DNA of 63,496 nucleotides, filler included, from Intoshia linei (GCA_001642005.1; 6 parts of 6 records of this genome joined end to end with filler, not necessarily neighbours in it); one strand, 5' to 3'. Counted from the first letter of the whole stretch, positions 41,585 to 55,469 are shown. Notes: generated by a model from the sequence alone, not told the origin. Made by a program: numbers and translations.

Positions 41585-42845
41585 ATACCTATTTCATTGT
41601 GTTTGTAAGGTCTAGAGAAGGTATGATTAATATTAAACTTTTTGCATAATTCATCCATTAATTTTGAATCAAATTGACGACCTTGGTCAGTTTACAAACG
41701 ATTTGGTGGCCCATACCGTAATTTCTGAAATAGCTAAAAATTCAGTATAACCTGTAAAATGATCAACCATATTGATAACATATCTATTACCTGAGTCGCT
41801 ACATGAGAATGGTCAAACTATATCTATCTGCCATAACGCATTAAAAGATTGGGTGATGACTGGTTTAAAAAGCTTAATACGACTATGAGATTGATGTTTA
41901 CTGACATTACACGATTCACATTTTTTTGTCACTTGCTGAATATTTTGAAGAAGGTTGGTAATGAAATATTTCTGTTATATTATATTATACATTTTGTTGT
42001 TTCCTGGATGACAATATATATATGAAGTGTGATAATGTTTAATAAGTTCAGCTATCATGGCCTCAGGGACAATAGGAACTTTATGTGTTGAGGTTGGAGA
42101 ATAAAAAACATAATAAGATTCAAGTTTAAGATATTTAAAAAAATATTTAAATCTATTCGATTTTTTTGGTATTTGAGATAATTTTAAGCATTGCATAATT
42201 TCAATAATTTCGGGATCAGTTTTTTTTTGTTTGCATATTTGTAAAAGATCAAGGTTTAATTTTAATTCGTTTACCATTTTAGTATGCGTAATACGTGATA
42301 AAAGGTCTGCTGATTTATTTAGGATACCCGGTCAATATTCTATGTCAAATACATATTCTTCGAGACATTGGATTTATCTCATAATCCGATTGTTTAGACA
42401 CTTATTATTCCTAATTGTGACTAGAGGATTATGATCGGTGATTACCACGAATCTTTTTCCATACAGATAATATTTAAAATTTATTTATTGTCCAAAATAA
42501 TGCGTACAATTCCTTTTCGACAACGCTATATCGCATTTGAGCTGGTGTGAAAGCTTTACTGGCAAAATATATAAATTTATCATTCTGAGTCAGTATAGCT
42601 CCAACGCCTGTATTAGATGCATCAGTTTCGAGGCGAAATGTTAAATCAAAATTGGGATGTCTCACAAGTGTAGATGACGAAATCATGTGTTCAAATTCGT
42701 TAAACGCGTTTTCACATTCCGGATTCCATGCAAATTTTTAACTTTTCTTTAATAACATACGAATCGGCTAACTGATGTCGGCGAAATTTTTTAAAAACCG
42801 ATTGTGATAGTTGCATAATCCTAAAAATCCACGAACTTCTCAAAC
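41585..42845 (-). mobile_element. Ty3/gypsy LTR retrotransposon pol remnant (RT C-terminus, RNase H, integrase)
   Basis: EVRGFLGLCNYHNRFLKNFADIS.PIR.LLKK..F.WN.ECE.AF; RLETDASNTGVGAILTQ..YFASK..YSVVEKELYA; ITDHNPL; EYH..HPG; integrase YVINMVDHFTGY and PPNR..TDQGRQF; many stops. Confidence 0.92.
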
Positions 42846-42852
42846 ATGTTTT

Positions 42853-43070
42853 TTACAAAAATTGATTTTTGTTGAAAATACTTAATACCACGCTAAAGAG
42901 GGTACTTAAAAACCCCTAAAAAATATATTTTTAAAAAAATTTACATTAAGTGGTTTTCCTTTTTAAGGTTTTCGCGCGCTTTTCCCCCTATTTCTTAATT
43001 GGCGCCAATGATTTTATTTTAAACATGGATGCGATTAATTTACGACCCACTAAGACATATACGAAATTTG
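42853..43070 (+). repeat. ~200-bp dispersed repeat (copy 1; copy 2 at 45304-45497)
   Basis: Shared TACAAAAAT.ATTTTTGTTGAAAATAC..ATACCACGCT.AAGAGGGTACTTAA..TACGACCCACTAAGACATATAC. Confidence 0.8.
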
Positions 43071-44509
43071 GAGTGAAAAAATGAAATATTTAATTTCACA
43101 GGACGTTTTTTCCATAAAAAGGGTTTTTTGTAATATTGGTCAAATATAAAAATTTATTTTAACTGTGAAAATTTATTCCACAAAATGAATACTGCGAGAG
43201 TCAAATAATGACTAAAGGGTCAAAGTAAAAAGTAATGTGATATGATAATTTCACCTGAACACTCTTTAAAAGATTGATAATAGTGAATAGTAGGATTTTC
43301 AACGTGAATTTGTTTTTTAAGTATAATAAAAATGTGCCATCGGCAGAGCTAGATCCTGTTTCTACGTAGTACATAACAGGCAACCTAGTTATTTTATAAA
43401 ATATGATTGATATAATATTATTAAATCTGTTTCTTTCATCTAATTTTGACACGGTCATTAATACGTTAATGTAATTATGAAACACTGTATATTTTAACAT
43501 CAATAGAACACAATATAGCACGTCCTTTCATAAAATAAAAATATAGCACATTACTTATAGCCTATAATATTTATCTATTTATGACAAATGATATTGTGTG
43601 TGATAATTAGTTTTATACATGTAGTACTGGATGTGATATTTTCATTTTAATATTATTTAGCTGATCGTAACATTAAATTTGAAAGTCTGATCAATCTGCG
43701 ATAAAATTTAAAAAAGTAAGTAAATTTTATAAATAAACATGAATATAGGAAGGTTCAATGAGGATATATCTAAATATATTTATATATAACTATAAATCTT
43801 GCGTAATAATTTATTAATTATTTTTTAGATTATGAATTATTCAAGAAAAGTACAAGTAGTCACACCTAAAAAATCCAATTTTAAAGAAATGATACTATCT
43901 AGAGAGGGAGTTTTAATTCCGAAAAACTGGAGAGTTTCATCTAGAAATCGAATTACATCAATGTCGAGTAATAAAATTTGTGNNNNNNNNNNNNNNNNNN
44001 NNNNNNNNNNNNNNNNNNNNNNNNNNTTAATTAATTAANNNNNNNNNNNNNNNNNNNNNNNNNNNNNNNNNNNNNNNNNNNNCAGTAAAATTGAATAAGA
44101 ATTATTTTTTGCTGACTCTCATTAATTATATCACACTTTCAATAATCACATCTGACTGTCATTAATCTATTATGACTTTTAGTTCATATATTTCACTGCT
44201 ACAAAATCGACTGCAATAATAAAATAATAAACAAAAATAGTATATTTTGATTGCACACTTACGAAACATGACTGATTATTAGGGCAACTTTTTTTTGGAC
44301 ATATAAATTTTGAAATTCGTTCTAGAAATCTGACTTTTTGTACCTAATGGAAAAATATTTTAACTTTTTAAACTAAAAAATTTTTTATTTAAAGAGCAAC
44401 AATTGAAAAGAATTATACTAACTATCCTATTTATGACAAATTAATTAAAATTCACTGAAAAAAATAATATGAATTAATTTAATTTGTTACTATATTATAA
44501 TGACAAACT

Positions 44510-45160
44510 ATACATTTTTTAATATTATCGGTTATAAAATTTCTATCGTTTGCAATCAGATTTTAAGCATAGAGAAGCTTGTTATACGGCAGCTGAAGTT
44601 GATTGACTATTTTTCAATAGTACATATATACGGATATATATTATCATGCTTTAATTCACAAATAACTATAATGTCATTGTTTTCCAGGAGTTTCATAATG
44701 GATAATTTGATATTACATGGATCTTCTTCAAAATGGATATCTTTCATAGCTTTTCAGGCTTTAATTATAGAAAAAGAGCAATCTTTATATTTTTTTATTA
44801 ATTCATGTATTATTTTGTAGCCTGATATAATTTTTAATTCGAATGGTAATTTTTCTTTGGATATTGCACATTTGACTTGTCTAACTATGAGACCGTCACC
44901 TTCTAATTTGTAAACTATACGTTTTACAGTCGGTAAATGTTTTTCATAATAATTTGAAGCAGCTAACCAATTTCCCTATCGTGTAGCAGCTGGCATGGGA
45001 GGGTATCCAATTTCTGACAACAAATAGCGAAATAGAGAATAGCGAACCTAATATTCACATAATACATTTTTATTTGATTAACAGTAGTATCACAAATAAT
45101 GCAATGTGAATTACCATCAACGTTTTTGAACTCATTGGGGTATTTACGCTTAATATTTAA
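44510..45160 (-). mobile_element. degenerate hAT-related (CGGBP1-like) transposase
   Basis: KYPNEFKNVDGNSHCIICDTTV (CGGBP1-type Zn region); YPPMPAATR*GNWLAASNYY; QSTSAAV..SFSMLK..DRNF..DNI (hAT C-terminus). Confidence 0.7.
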
Positions 45161-48093
45161 AATTTTGAGATTTTGATTTAGCAATTTTAGGCACTAAAAT
45201 TAATTTATTACACTAAAATGATTTCTAAAATTACTTAAAATTGATTATATCAATATACTAGTATTTTAATATTATAGTATAGGCATTAATGCTGTTCGTT
45301 ATGTACAAAAATGAATTTTTGTTGAAAATACCCTATACCACGCTGAAGAGGGTACTTAACCCCTAATAAATATATTTTGAAAAAAATTTACCGTAAAAAC
45401 ATTAAGCGGTTTTCCTTTTTAAGGTTTGGCGCCTATGATTTTATTTTAAACGTGGATAAAATTAATGTACGACCCACTAAGACATATACCAAATTTAAGA
45501 TAACTTAAAATTTGAGTTACATTGGTCAAAATGTAAGTGTTTCTGTAATAAAGTACAATAAGTAAATTTACATACTATTTAATATTTTATAATATTCACA
45601 TTATAGGTATGAAGTTATGCGAGCGATATACTAATATTTTCGAAACATTTAACCTTCCTAACAATTTGGATCCGCGAAGTATTTTGAAAAGCAATGAAAC
45701 TCTGACCTTTCTGAATAATATTATTCAATACCGTAATAAGTAAAATATTAATTTTTTTCACTTTTTCAATAAATTTTTTATTTTCCATATTTATGTCATG
45801 GTTTGTCAAACTGTATATGGTTGATTCGCATACTACCTATAATATAAAATACCTATCTCGGTTGTTTTATATTACTTACAAACAGCACCTAGTTATGCCG
45901 AGGCGGGCCTATCTAATTTTAACATTAAAAATTTAAATTTAATCTAACATGATTCACTACAAATTTAATAAATTATTAAAAATACTAATTACGTATCAAT
46001 AATTAACGAAAACAACAGTTTAAAATCATATTTCGGACGAATTTTACTCAAATTCCAAAGCATTGTATAATAAATACATAAATGAAAATAACAAAGTTGT
46101 ACTTTTAGATGTTATAGTTTTAACTCTTACGAGACTATGCTGATTTTTAAAATTAAAAGCAAAAAATTTTACTTTTAAAATGTTAAAAAACTCTAAAATT
46201 TAAAGCTTGAAATTTAGAAATTTCAAATGTCATTGATTTTAAAAAGTGAACAACTTAAATTTGGCTTTAATATTTGGCTTAGAATTAGCAATAAAATATA
46301 TTTAATTTTTTATTTTATTTAATTTATTTTATTAGAATATAATTTATTTTAATTAAAATTAATTTTTACGCATATTACATGTTATTGTATGAGCAAAATG
46401 TTTTCATCATTTATATTGGTACCGCCTTATTTTGGTTTGTATACAAACCAATATATTTTTATGATTTTAGTTTTTAGCATCTATACATGCAATTGTCTCG
46501 TAAGGGTTAAAATAAATTTTGGAAAATTTTTTAAAAATGAAAAATTGCGTAGAAATTAAAAAAAATTCGATGTAATGAATTATATAGATTTTCAACAATA
46601 TATATGTATTAAAAATGTGTAGACGTTCAATGCTATATTGCAAATGATTTTAATGAATATAAATGATACTAACAAATTTGTAGTAATTTAGTAATTCGTT
46701 GTTGTAGTTTTAATTTAAATTTTAAAAAAAATGTTATAAAATTGAAAATTTTGTAGCAATGAAAAAAATTGCGAAAAAATGAATTATATAGATTTTCACC
46801 CATATTTCGTAGTTGGAAATGTGTAGACGTTCAGTGCACACTTTTTTTCAAATTGTAAGACGATTATTTACTTTTTAATTTAATTCAAAAATTTGATAAA
46901 TATTATTATATAATATATTAAAACATTTTTCACCGGTAAACCGTAGATTTCTGGCGTTAAAATTTTATTCAACTGAAATCGGCTGTATCAGAATAATCTT
47001 TTTTTTAATAGTACGACCGTAAAATATTTCAAATTTATTGAATAGTTTCGACATAAAAATTAATACTAAATTGATTTTTTAACTATGAATTTCATAGTAT
47101 GAAGGCGTTACATTATCATATTAAAATGTTGTATAAGTTAACTGGATATAACAGCCTCATCAAGCAACATCAGCCTGACGTCCCGGTTATGTAATTACTG
47201 TGAGATTCTCTTATATCGAAAATATTATATCTATTTTTTTAAATATATTATTGCACCTGAATTTAAACCAACATGATTATATATCTTTATATGTCCCGTA
47301 ATATTTGTTTCGATATTTGAACGTTCGCCATTGTTTATTAGTTTATACTCAGAATGTTAGTTTTAAATTGACTCCTTGGTCGAGAATGATCAGTAAATTA
47401 TTCTTACCAATAACTTATAAACATATACTTGTTAAACATTATTTATTCATTTCTAGAGGGTGCATTTTATTTTGAATTTTGATATATTGAAATTTTCAAT
47501 ATAAAATTGAGAATAAAATTATTTTTTTGTCCTTAAATAGTTTTTAGAAAAAAGTTAACAATTTATTGCAGGGTTCATGAACTTTAAATTTGACGGACCC
47601 CTAATTTTATCAAATAATTTTTGAGTCCCGACTATAAAATATTTTTATCTATAATAAATCCTAAATAAATTATCGCAAGATAAATCGACAAGGTATCCTG
47701 CTGGGGTACAAATAATTTTTTAGCATCTGCAAACAAAAGTGATTTCTAACCCAATTATCAAATAAATCTTGCACAGGAAAATAATTTCTGAATGAATTTT
47801 TTAAGAGTTGAATGATCCCTAAAAATTGCTAGCAAATCATCAAAAATTTTTTGTTTAAATATTTTTATCAAATTATGAAGGATTGGAAAAAATTCATAGA
47901 TTGAGTTTTTAATGGGTAGTAACCATAGAATTTTTCTTAAAATAGTTCGCGAACCTACTGGAAAATTCTACTAACCCCAGTTTAATAAACACTACCCTAA
48001 AGTATAATTTAAAAATAAAGTTTGCACAGTAAAATTTATAAAATTATAACGATTTTTTGATTTTTAAAGAAAAGATTTATTTATGGTTTTGCT

Positions 48094-48414
48094 ATGAGTT
48101 TATTTCATAATATATTATTTTAGATGCAGATTTTAGTCGTAATTTACGAAAAATTGTTAAAATGTATTATGAAGTTAATAAAAGGAAATGTACCTTAATA
48201 GCTTATAAATATGGAGGATTAATGACGCTACACAGTATTGCATCAAATAAAAANATGAGTTTATTTCATAATATATTATTTTAGATGCAGATTTTAGTCG
48301 TAATTTACAAAAAATTGTTAACATGTATTATGATGTTAATAAAAGGAAGTGTACCTTAATAGCTTATAAATATGGAGGATTAATGACGCTAAACAGTATT
48401 GCATCAAATAAAAA
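48094..48414 (+). repeat. 160-bp tandem duplication of an intron end plus exon start, joined by a single N
   Basis: 48094-48253 versus 48255-48414 differ at about 5 substitutions. Confidence 0.9.
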
Positions 48415-49584
48415 ATACTATGAAACATACGTTGAAAATATTATTTTGATATCTGTACCATTTGGTGGGCAATATTCGTCTATATATGAAATGGAGACTG
48501 GTAATAACAATAAAATTGATAACTTCGTATAATTCGCGTTTACCACATGTTTTGCCACAAATTTTTTAAAATTTAGTATATTATTTTTGTATTATATAAT
48601 CAATGCAAAAACACGTTTAAATTTTATAATTTAGAAGCTTCACTGCTATATATCTCATAAAAACAGTTGCCACATATACAGAGTGTTACATTTTTAATTT
48701 TTACCAAAAAATAAAATTTAAATTAATATAAAATCTAACCTAAACATGTTACAATATATATGTCATAAAATTTTAGCATAGATTGGCCATTTAATATTGC
48801 ATTGTTTGCTGACCATTAGTATGTAACTACTTTTACTTCATGTAAGCCAGGTTTTTAGTAAAATAGAGCTAGCTCGTCCAAGGTTTAGACTTAAATTATC
48901 AAACTTCATTTTTCTTTTAATACTATAATGATTAAGGGCACTTTTTACAAAAAGCTAATTTATGCAACCAGTTTTAATAAATACTTTTATGGTTTACATT
49001 ATGACTGCTATGTTTATATTATATTTTTAATAATTCTACTATACTACATAATGTGTACTTATTTATAATATACTGTTTATTTTTATTTGGACAATTTATA
49101 TAACTGACTATTAATATTATACAATTCATTATTTGGATATATTAACTGATAATTTTAACTGATGAATTTAGATGCAGTATAACATTTAAATATACCATCA
49201 TTATCGATTTACAATGGTAAAAAAGTTTTAAGAGCTTGGGAATTTAAATTATAAAAATCCTTATATGAATAACGTAATTTATCAAAATGATACTTCAAAT
49301 TATACATACGTTGAATTTATGGAATCGCTACATCCAGATATTATAGAAATTATTGAAAATAATAATTTAAAAAATTTGAATACATGAGTAATAATAATCA
49401 AATTAAGTTAGCCTGTGTCACTGGAAACTCTACAACATTTTCGATACCAGGAAGTGTCTCCGTGTCGTCACAAGTAGTTTCTTACAATAGCATAAATGGA
49501 GATGGTTTGACAGATATGAAAAGTAATAATATATATTATTATAATGATATTTCACAAAAAAAGTTGTATAAATATATCTCTTAG
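48124..49584 (+). pseudogene. LCAT / group XV phospholipase A2-like gene; catalytic Ser motif lost, downstream exon frameshifted
   Basis: FSRNLQKIVNMYYDVNKRKCTLIAYKYGGL..YVENIILISVPFGG matches LCAT-family LK.LIE..Y..N..KV.LIAHSMG..YI...I.L..PWGG; later NYTYVEF, IKLACVTG, INGDGLTD with stops and frameshifts. Confidence 0.7.
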
Positions 49585-49989
49585 AATCTATGATAAAAAA
49601 TAAAGTGTATTTTTGTGAATTTATCAATTTTCATAAAAATGAGGTAGTTTATGATTTTACTCCATAGTATAAAAAATGATTTTGATTAAATCAGCGGGTT
49701 AATAAATTTTTACATACATAAAATAGTTCTAAAATGATAAGGTAAGNNNNNNNNNNNNNNNNNNNNNNNNNNNNNNNNNNNNNNNNNNNNTTAATTAATT
49801 AANNNNNNNNNNNNNNNNNNNNNNNNNNNNNNNNNNNNNNNNNNNNAAAATTATAATAAATTATCAATGTAAGATATTATTATAATAAAAAGTTTAATTA
49901 CATGTTCATATATCATAAATATAATATTGATAAATTTAACACATGTGTGCAGCAGCACATTTCTAATATTTTCGTTAAATGAGATTTTG

Positions 49990-50099
49990 ACTATCACTTT
50001 TAGTTTATTTGGAATAAATTTTAAGCCGAAAATTTTTGTTCATCATAGATAAGTAGTTTGGGCTTTACATTTAATACCAAATAAACTAAAATTGATAGT
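49990..50099. mobile_element. ~110-bp palindromic MITE (copy 2)
   Basis: 23-bp TIR ACTATCACTTTTAGTTTATTTGG / CCAAATAAACTAAAATTGATAGT (1 mismatch). Confidence 0.8.
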
Positions 50100-50345
50100 A
50101 CGTATTTTTTCTAGCCACTTTATCTTAAGGTCGCATGTTCGTGTTCAGATCGTGTTGCAGAATTCATTTAAAATGAAGAATTTAACTTTATATCTGGCAC
50201 TAAAGACTAATTTTGCATTTAACTTAAATGCAATTAAGTTAAATTTGAACGCATTACGATTTCGTCAATGATACACTGTCAATAGCATTCAATAAACATT
50301 TTCTCATTAAAATCAGTTTATTATCTCGATACCACAGTTAGTTTA

Positions 50346-51210
50346 ATGAGCTTGAACATGACAAAGAAAGAGATTGGAGGAGTACTCTTAAAATATTCTA
50401 AAAACTTTTTCATAATAAGTGGATTCGCTTATGGTACTTACACATTTGCTCGCGTAAGTTAATTAAAGGTTATTTAATTTTACAATTGTAGAAATTTATT
50501 TTTCCATATTTTAACCAATACAAAAAGAATTTACGCCAAAACAGCTTCGATTTGGGAGATTCATTATCCTTGCGAATGAATGATAGTTTATATCGAATCT
50601 TTGAATCCTGCCGAGAGCAGCAAATTATGCTGGACCGACTCATTGCCCTACAGAATAATGATACTTCCAATAAGGTGCATTTTATAACTTGTAACATTTA
50701 CATGTATAATTAATTCAAGCAATAAAAAATGTAGTTATAACCACACTTTCATATCATTTTGTTTACATTTTATATCATGGATCGAGTAATATGCTATGTT
50801 TGAAATATATCATTATAGTACATTGCAGTGTACTTAAACCGTTTAAACTTTGAAGTAAATTTATTGAAATGGTTATTTCAATACTTGTATGACTTGTGTC
50901 TAATCCCAAATTGGGACTTCCAATTAATTTCATGTTAATTATTATATTTTATTGTAAATACATTTTTAATTTACGTTATTTAGAATGACGAATCACTATT
51001 AGAAGAAGTCAAAAAGCTCAGTGAAATCATACAAAGGTTTCATTTATTAAAATATTTTATATACTTATCTATAGGATACATTTGGATATGCCCTCAAAAA
51101 TTGTACTGTTAATGGATAATAAAACTAAAGTATGAATTTTTTATTGCCGATTTTACAATTTTTAGAATGACATGTTGTGCAATGGAAATGAAGTTGAAAA
51201 CCACGTTTAA
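50346..51210 (+). CDS. PEX14-like membrane/coiled-coil protein (5' end uncertain), at least 5 exons: 50346-50453, 50492-50674, 50984-51036, 51075-51129, 51166-51210
   Basis: Phase-consistent splicing with 38-, 309-, 38- and 36-nt introns; FFIISGFAYGTYTFARKFIFPYF resembles the Pex14 membrane segment (human [21 protein letters not shown]), followed by a coiled coil. Confidence 0.6.
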
Positions 51211-51273
51211 TCCATTGTTTTATTATCAAATACATTACTTAAATTTTATTTTCTTTTTTAAATTATATGTGTA

Positions 51274-51571
51274 CTACATAAAAAAGTATTTAACACTGTG
51301 TGTAGTATTGATTCTTGTGCTAAAACTACTGCACCACACTGAGGAGCATTGTCTCATCAAACACTGCATAGAGTTGAATACATCCTTTACGTGTAAAATG
51401 TAACTATCTTGATTTATGTATTTCGTGCAAAGAACTGCTAGCTTAGTCGTCGACCGATCTTTTAATTTACATATTTGATCTTTACATATGTATAGTATCT
51501 CTCCGAAGCCTATACAAATAGAATTGGGCATTGGTCCTTCAGGTTCAGGGTCCTCGATTTTCCAAATTGAG
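51274..51571 (-). CDS. possible terminal exon of a Cys-rich unknown protein
   Basis: About 99 open codons after an AG acceptor, higher GC than flanks; upstream candidate exons do not join in phase. Confidence 0.3.
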
Positions 51572-52330
51572 CTTTGAAAAATTTATACTTTTGAAAATCA
51601 ACCATTTAGTGTGTTAAATTTAAACTGTCGATTCCAGACACATGGAGAGATGGTTAAGACTACTCGGAAAAAGGAATTTTTCTTACATGATTGTTAAAAT
51701 TTTAGTTTTTTATTTTGTGGTTGAATTATGAGTTATTTTTTTGAAACTTTGGTAAAATCGAATTTTCCAAAAAAATATCGGAAAAGAGATTTTACCTTAA
51801 CTTAAGGGTTGGTAAAATTGGATTTTTTATTTTGGGGTTGAATTAAGGAAATTTTTTTGCAAGGTTTTTTGTAAAATCGGAAGAGATTTTTATATAAAGG
51901 GCTTTAAGTGGAAGTTTTTATTAAATATTATTTATGATGGGATAAAAGTGGGATTTTTGAAATAATAATTTAGCGGTGGTCTAGGCTTTGGGATAAAATC
52001 ACAACATGTTACATGTTCTGCATTTTATGTTATTCAAAACAACGAATGTTCCAAATTGAAGTTGTTCATTTTCAAATTCTCTGCGCAACATCTTGGCATG
52101 AGACAATTATTATTATGATTATATTCATTCTACATGTATATTCAGATTGATACAGAAAAACTAAAAATCATATTAGTCAACAACATTGTTATTGACACAA
52201 CCGTCCAACGATTTTCACAATTTAGTATTATATATTGAGTAATATGTTTAGCTATGCACAAAACAAACAAACAATCTATAGTAACTAGTTAAACTATGTA
52301 TTACTATCTTTATTACATTTTATTGAAATT

Positions 52331-55300
52331 ATGAATACCAATGAAAATTTAACTGGTAATGCAACAAGACATTAAATTATATGTACAAAATACTATTATT
52401 CATATTTTGTTATTTATAAATTTTAAATATATCATTTAGACAATGTTTATATAGTTAGCTCTGATAGTTCCTCTGAAGACGAAGTTGAAAAAACGAATAC
52501 TACAATTTCATCAAGTGTACGTGTAATTTTACTTTGTACTGTCTTTTGACAATAATTTGCATATTACAATATAAAACCCTATATTATTTTTGAGCTTTGT
52601 TTGAAATTTTTCTTATTCAAAGTCCGAATTTCGAACATATCATATCTTAATGATTGATAATTTCTAAACGTAACTTTATTGCGACAGTCGTAATCCTATA
52701 GACCAGGGGTACTCAACCTTTTTTTGATGCAATTGACTAATACATTGACTAGAAAAAGTTTTCTAATCGGAACCTATTTCAAAAAAATCGCTTTGCGAAA
52801 TTTATTAAAAAATGTTTAACTAAATATTTTGAGTGTGATTGTAGAAAGCATTAAAATATAAATATAATTCTAATTTTTTAATATTGGCGATCGACAGGTT
52901 GGGCATCTATTTTATAGGCCAGTGATATCAAAAGGGTGTTTTCGTGTTAAAAATACACACTTGATGTATTTTTTCAAACACTTTCAAAATATATACCTTA
53001 AAATTAAATTTGATAAGAACGAAATCATAAAAAAATAGATTCCATGAGTAAAAAAGGTTCACTTGCGATTCATTGAAATCTATAACCTTTTGATCCATGA
53101 ATATTATTCATTCCATTGAAAAACTTGCTGAAAAATGTTACTCATTTTCTCTCATAGGTAAAAAATTTAGCTTTGGTTTCAATTGGATAGGCTGAGTAAC
53201 AATTTTTTTATTAAAAAATACCAGAAAATAATTTTTAAATTTTTAATTTACAAAAAAAATTGAAATTATGAATAAGTTAAATGTTAAATAACTAAATATA
53301 TGTTGTTGAATGACTAGTCTTAATTGCTGATAGAAAATGATGTATCCAGTCATTATCGATGCACAATGTGTATTACACATTTTGTAGACCTATGTAAATA
53401 TTGTTTATTTTCATTAACTAAATCTTAAGGTACGTTATAAATTTGCAAAAAGTACTAAAATAACAAACGGACTGTTTTTTCTAAATATTTAAATTATAGG
53501 ATAGTGAATCCAATAATGAGGAACAATCAAATAAATTACTAAATGATGATATACCAACCTCTGATAATATACAAACCTATGCAGATTATGTATTTGAATT
53601 AATAACAAAAGCAACAGACCCTGAAACAGTGTTGAAAGACTTGATTCTGGAAACTAGAGATTCAAGTAAATTGTATGTACTAAAATCAGCCTTGGACATT
53701 TTGATAGGATACAATAGACGTGAAAAATTAAAAAATTACAACACTATCGATGATTTTGTATATTCAATTGCCAACTGTTCTAACATAATTGTTATTGCTG
53801 GTGCAGGGGTAATTTTAATACATTTCATTTTTTATATTATTTATTTTAGATTTCAGTCAATTGTGGAATACCAGATTTTCGTTCAGCTAACGGAATTTAT
53901 TCTAAATTGGTTGGTTTGTATCCCGAATTAAATTCCCCCCAAGACATGTTTTCTATAAATTTTTTTAAATATAACCCAGAACCTTTCTATCGATTCGCCA
54001 AAGTAAATTTATATTAAATACATCACACGTTATATTCAAGTTTTATACATTATTGAAGGCTGGATATATTTTTATTAGGACCATGACCATTCGTTATTTT
54101 GTGTAGTGAAAAATATGAAATAATTTAATTTAACCATAAAACTAAGTCCCAAACACGAAATTTATTTGTATGGCCTTTAATACAATATTTGCTAATCAAA
54201 ATAACTATTTCAGCCATAATAGCTACTTAAAACTCTCAAGTTCACAGTCCAATTTATCTTTAAATTAGATCAGTGATTCCCAACGCGGGGCGTGCGCCCA
54301 CCGGTGGGGGCTACAAAATTTGTATGAGGCTTGTGAATATTTGGTTGGACTTTAAAAATTTTAGAAAAAAATATAATTGATTAGTTATTAATGGTTTTTA
54401 TTGTTATAAATTATGGTGGGGCGTAGAAATTTTGTAAGGATAAAAGTGGTGCATCACACTTAAAAGGTTGGGAAACACTAATTTAGACAGATTAAATCAT
54501 TGCATATCTACATTGGTTTGACTGGATTACCTATTTTGACTTCTTGAAAATTGTTGGGTCTTTATTATAATGATGTAATACGATATTTGTTATATTTTGT
54601 TAATATCAAATTAGACAGTATACCCTGGAAATTTTCTTCCATCAAAATCTCATTACTTTATAAAAAAACTGGAACAAGCTGGAAAACTTTTAAGGTTATA
54701 TACTCAAAATATCGACACTCTGGAACATGTAGCAGATATAAAAAACCTTATACAATGCCACGGTTCTTTTGCAACTGCACATTGTATGCAATGTAAATAC
54801 GAATACAAATGCGACGACATAAAAGAAAGCATTTTAAAACAAGAGGTGCCAATTTGTAAAAAATGCATTTCACCTGAACGCCGCAATGTCATTAAACCAG
54901 ATGTAATATTTTTTGGTGAGGATCTACCTAAATGTTTTTATGATAATATAAAATCCGATATGGAGAAATGTGATTTATTGATTGTTATGGGTTCCAGTAT
55001 GAAAGTAAGTCCTGTTGCAGAAATACCAGGTTTGTGTTTTTTTTTTATTATTTTATTTGTATATAAGATAACATTTCTGAAAGCATTCCTACAATTTTAA
55101 TAAATAATGAATCCATTCGTCATATCAATTTCGATGTTGAATTAATTGGGGATTGTGATAAAATTGTAACGGAATTGGAAAAACGGATATTTCCTAAAGA
55201 AAACGAAAATGTAGAAAATTTTAATTTGACTGAAGTATCCGTCAAACATTTTCTCAAATCAAAGGGGTATCCTATTGAGGATAATACCAAAGTGCGGTTA

Positions 55301-55469
55301 GCTAGTAAATCCAATGTATTAGATGATGGTTCTGAAGAGTTTGACAATAAAAAACCATCATTTGTTCAACTTTCTTTTGCTAAAGAAGGTAATTTTGTTT
55401 TATTGGCTCATAATGTCTACCTGGGTTTATTTATGGGATCTTGCTAATTTAGGACAGAGAACCCAATAA
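52331..55469 (+). CDS. SIRT1: NAD+-dependent deacetylase sirtuin-1 (class I sirtuin)
   Basis: RREKLKNYNTIDD..IIVIAGAG|ISVNCGIPDFRSANGIY..PQDMFSINFF..PEPFYRFAK|..YTQNIDTLE..IQCHGSFATAHCMQC..CKKC..IKPDVIFFGEDLP..CDLLIVMGSSMKVSPVAEIP|..ILINNE..FDVELIGDCD; first exons (52331, 52440) and last exon (stop 55447 or 55469) tentative. Confidence 0.95.
52703..53115 (+). repeat. hAT MITE plus flanking repeat, paralogous to 1402-1700, in a SIRT1 intron
   Basis: CAGGGGTACTCAACC..GCGATCGACAGGTTGGGC followed by GTGTTTTCGTGTTAAAA..AAATAGATTCCAT..AAGGTTCACTT..TGAATATTATTCATTC as at 1527-1700. Confidence 0.75.
54271..54480. mobile_element. hAT MITE in a SIRT1 intron
   Basis: TIR CAGTGATTCCCAAC / GTTGGGAAACACTA; flanks AATTAGAT/ATTTAGAC; related end CCCACCGGTGGGAATCACTG at ~24421-24440. 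Confidence 0.75.

Noticed and set aside
49676-49746. LIKSA..KFL resembling the Pex14 N-terminal domain
   Set aside because: Needs a frameshift and is followed by stops next to a gap; too short to support
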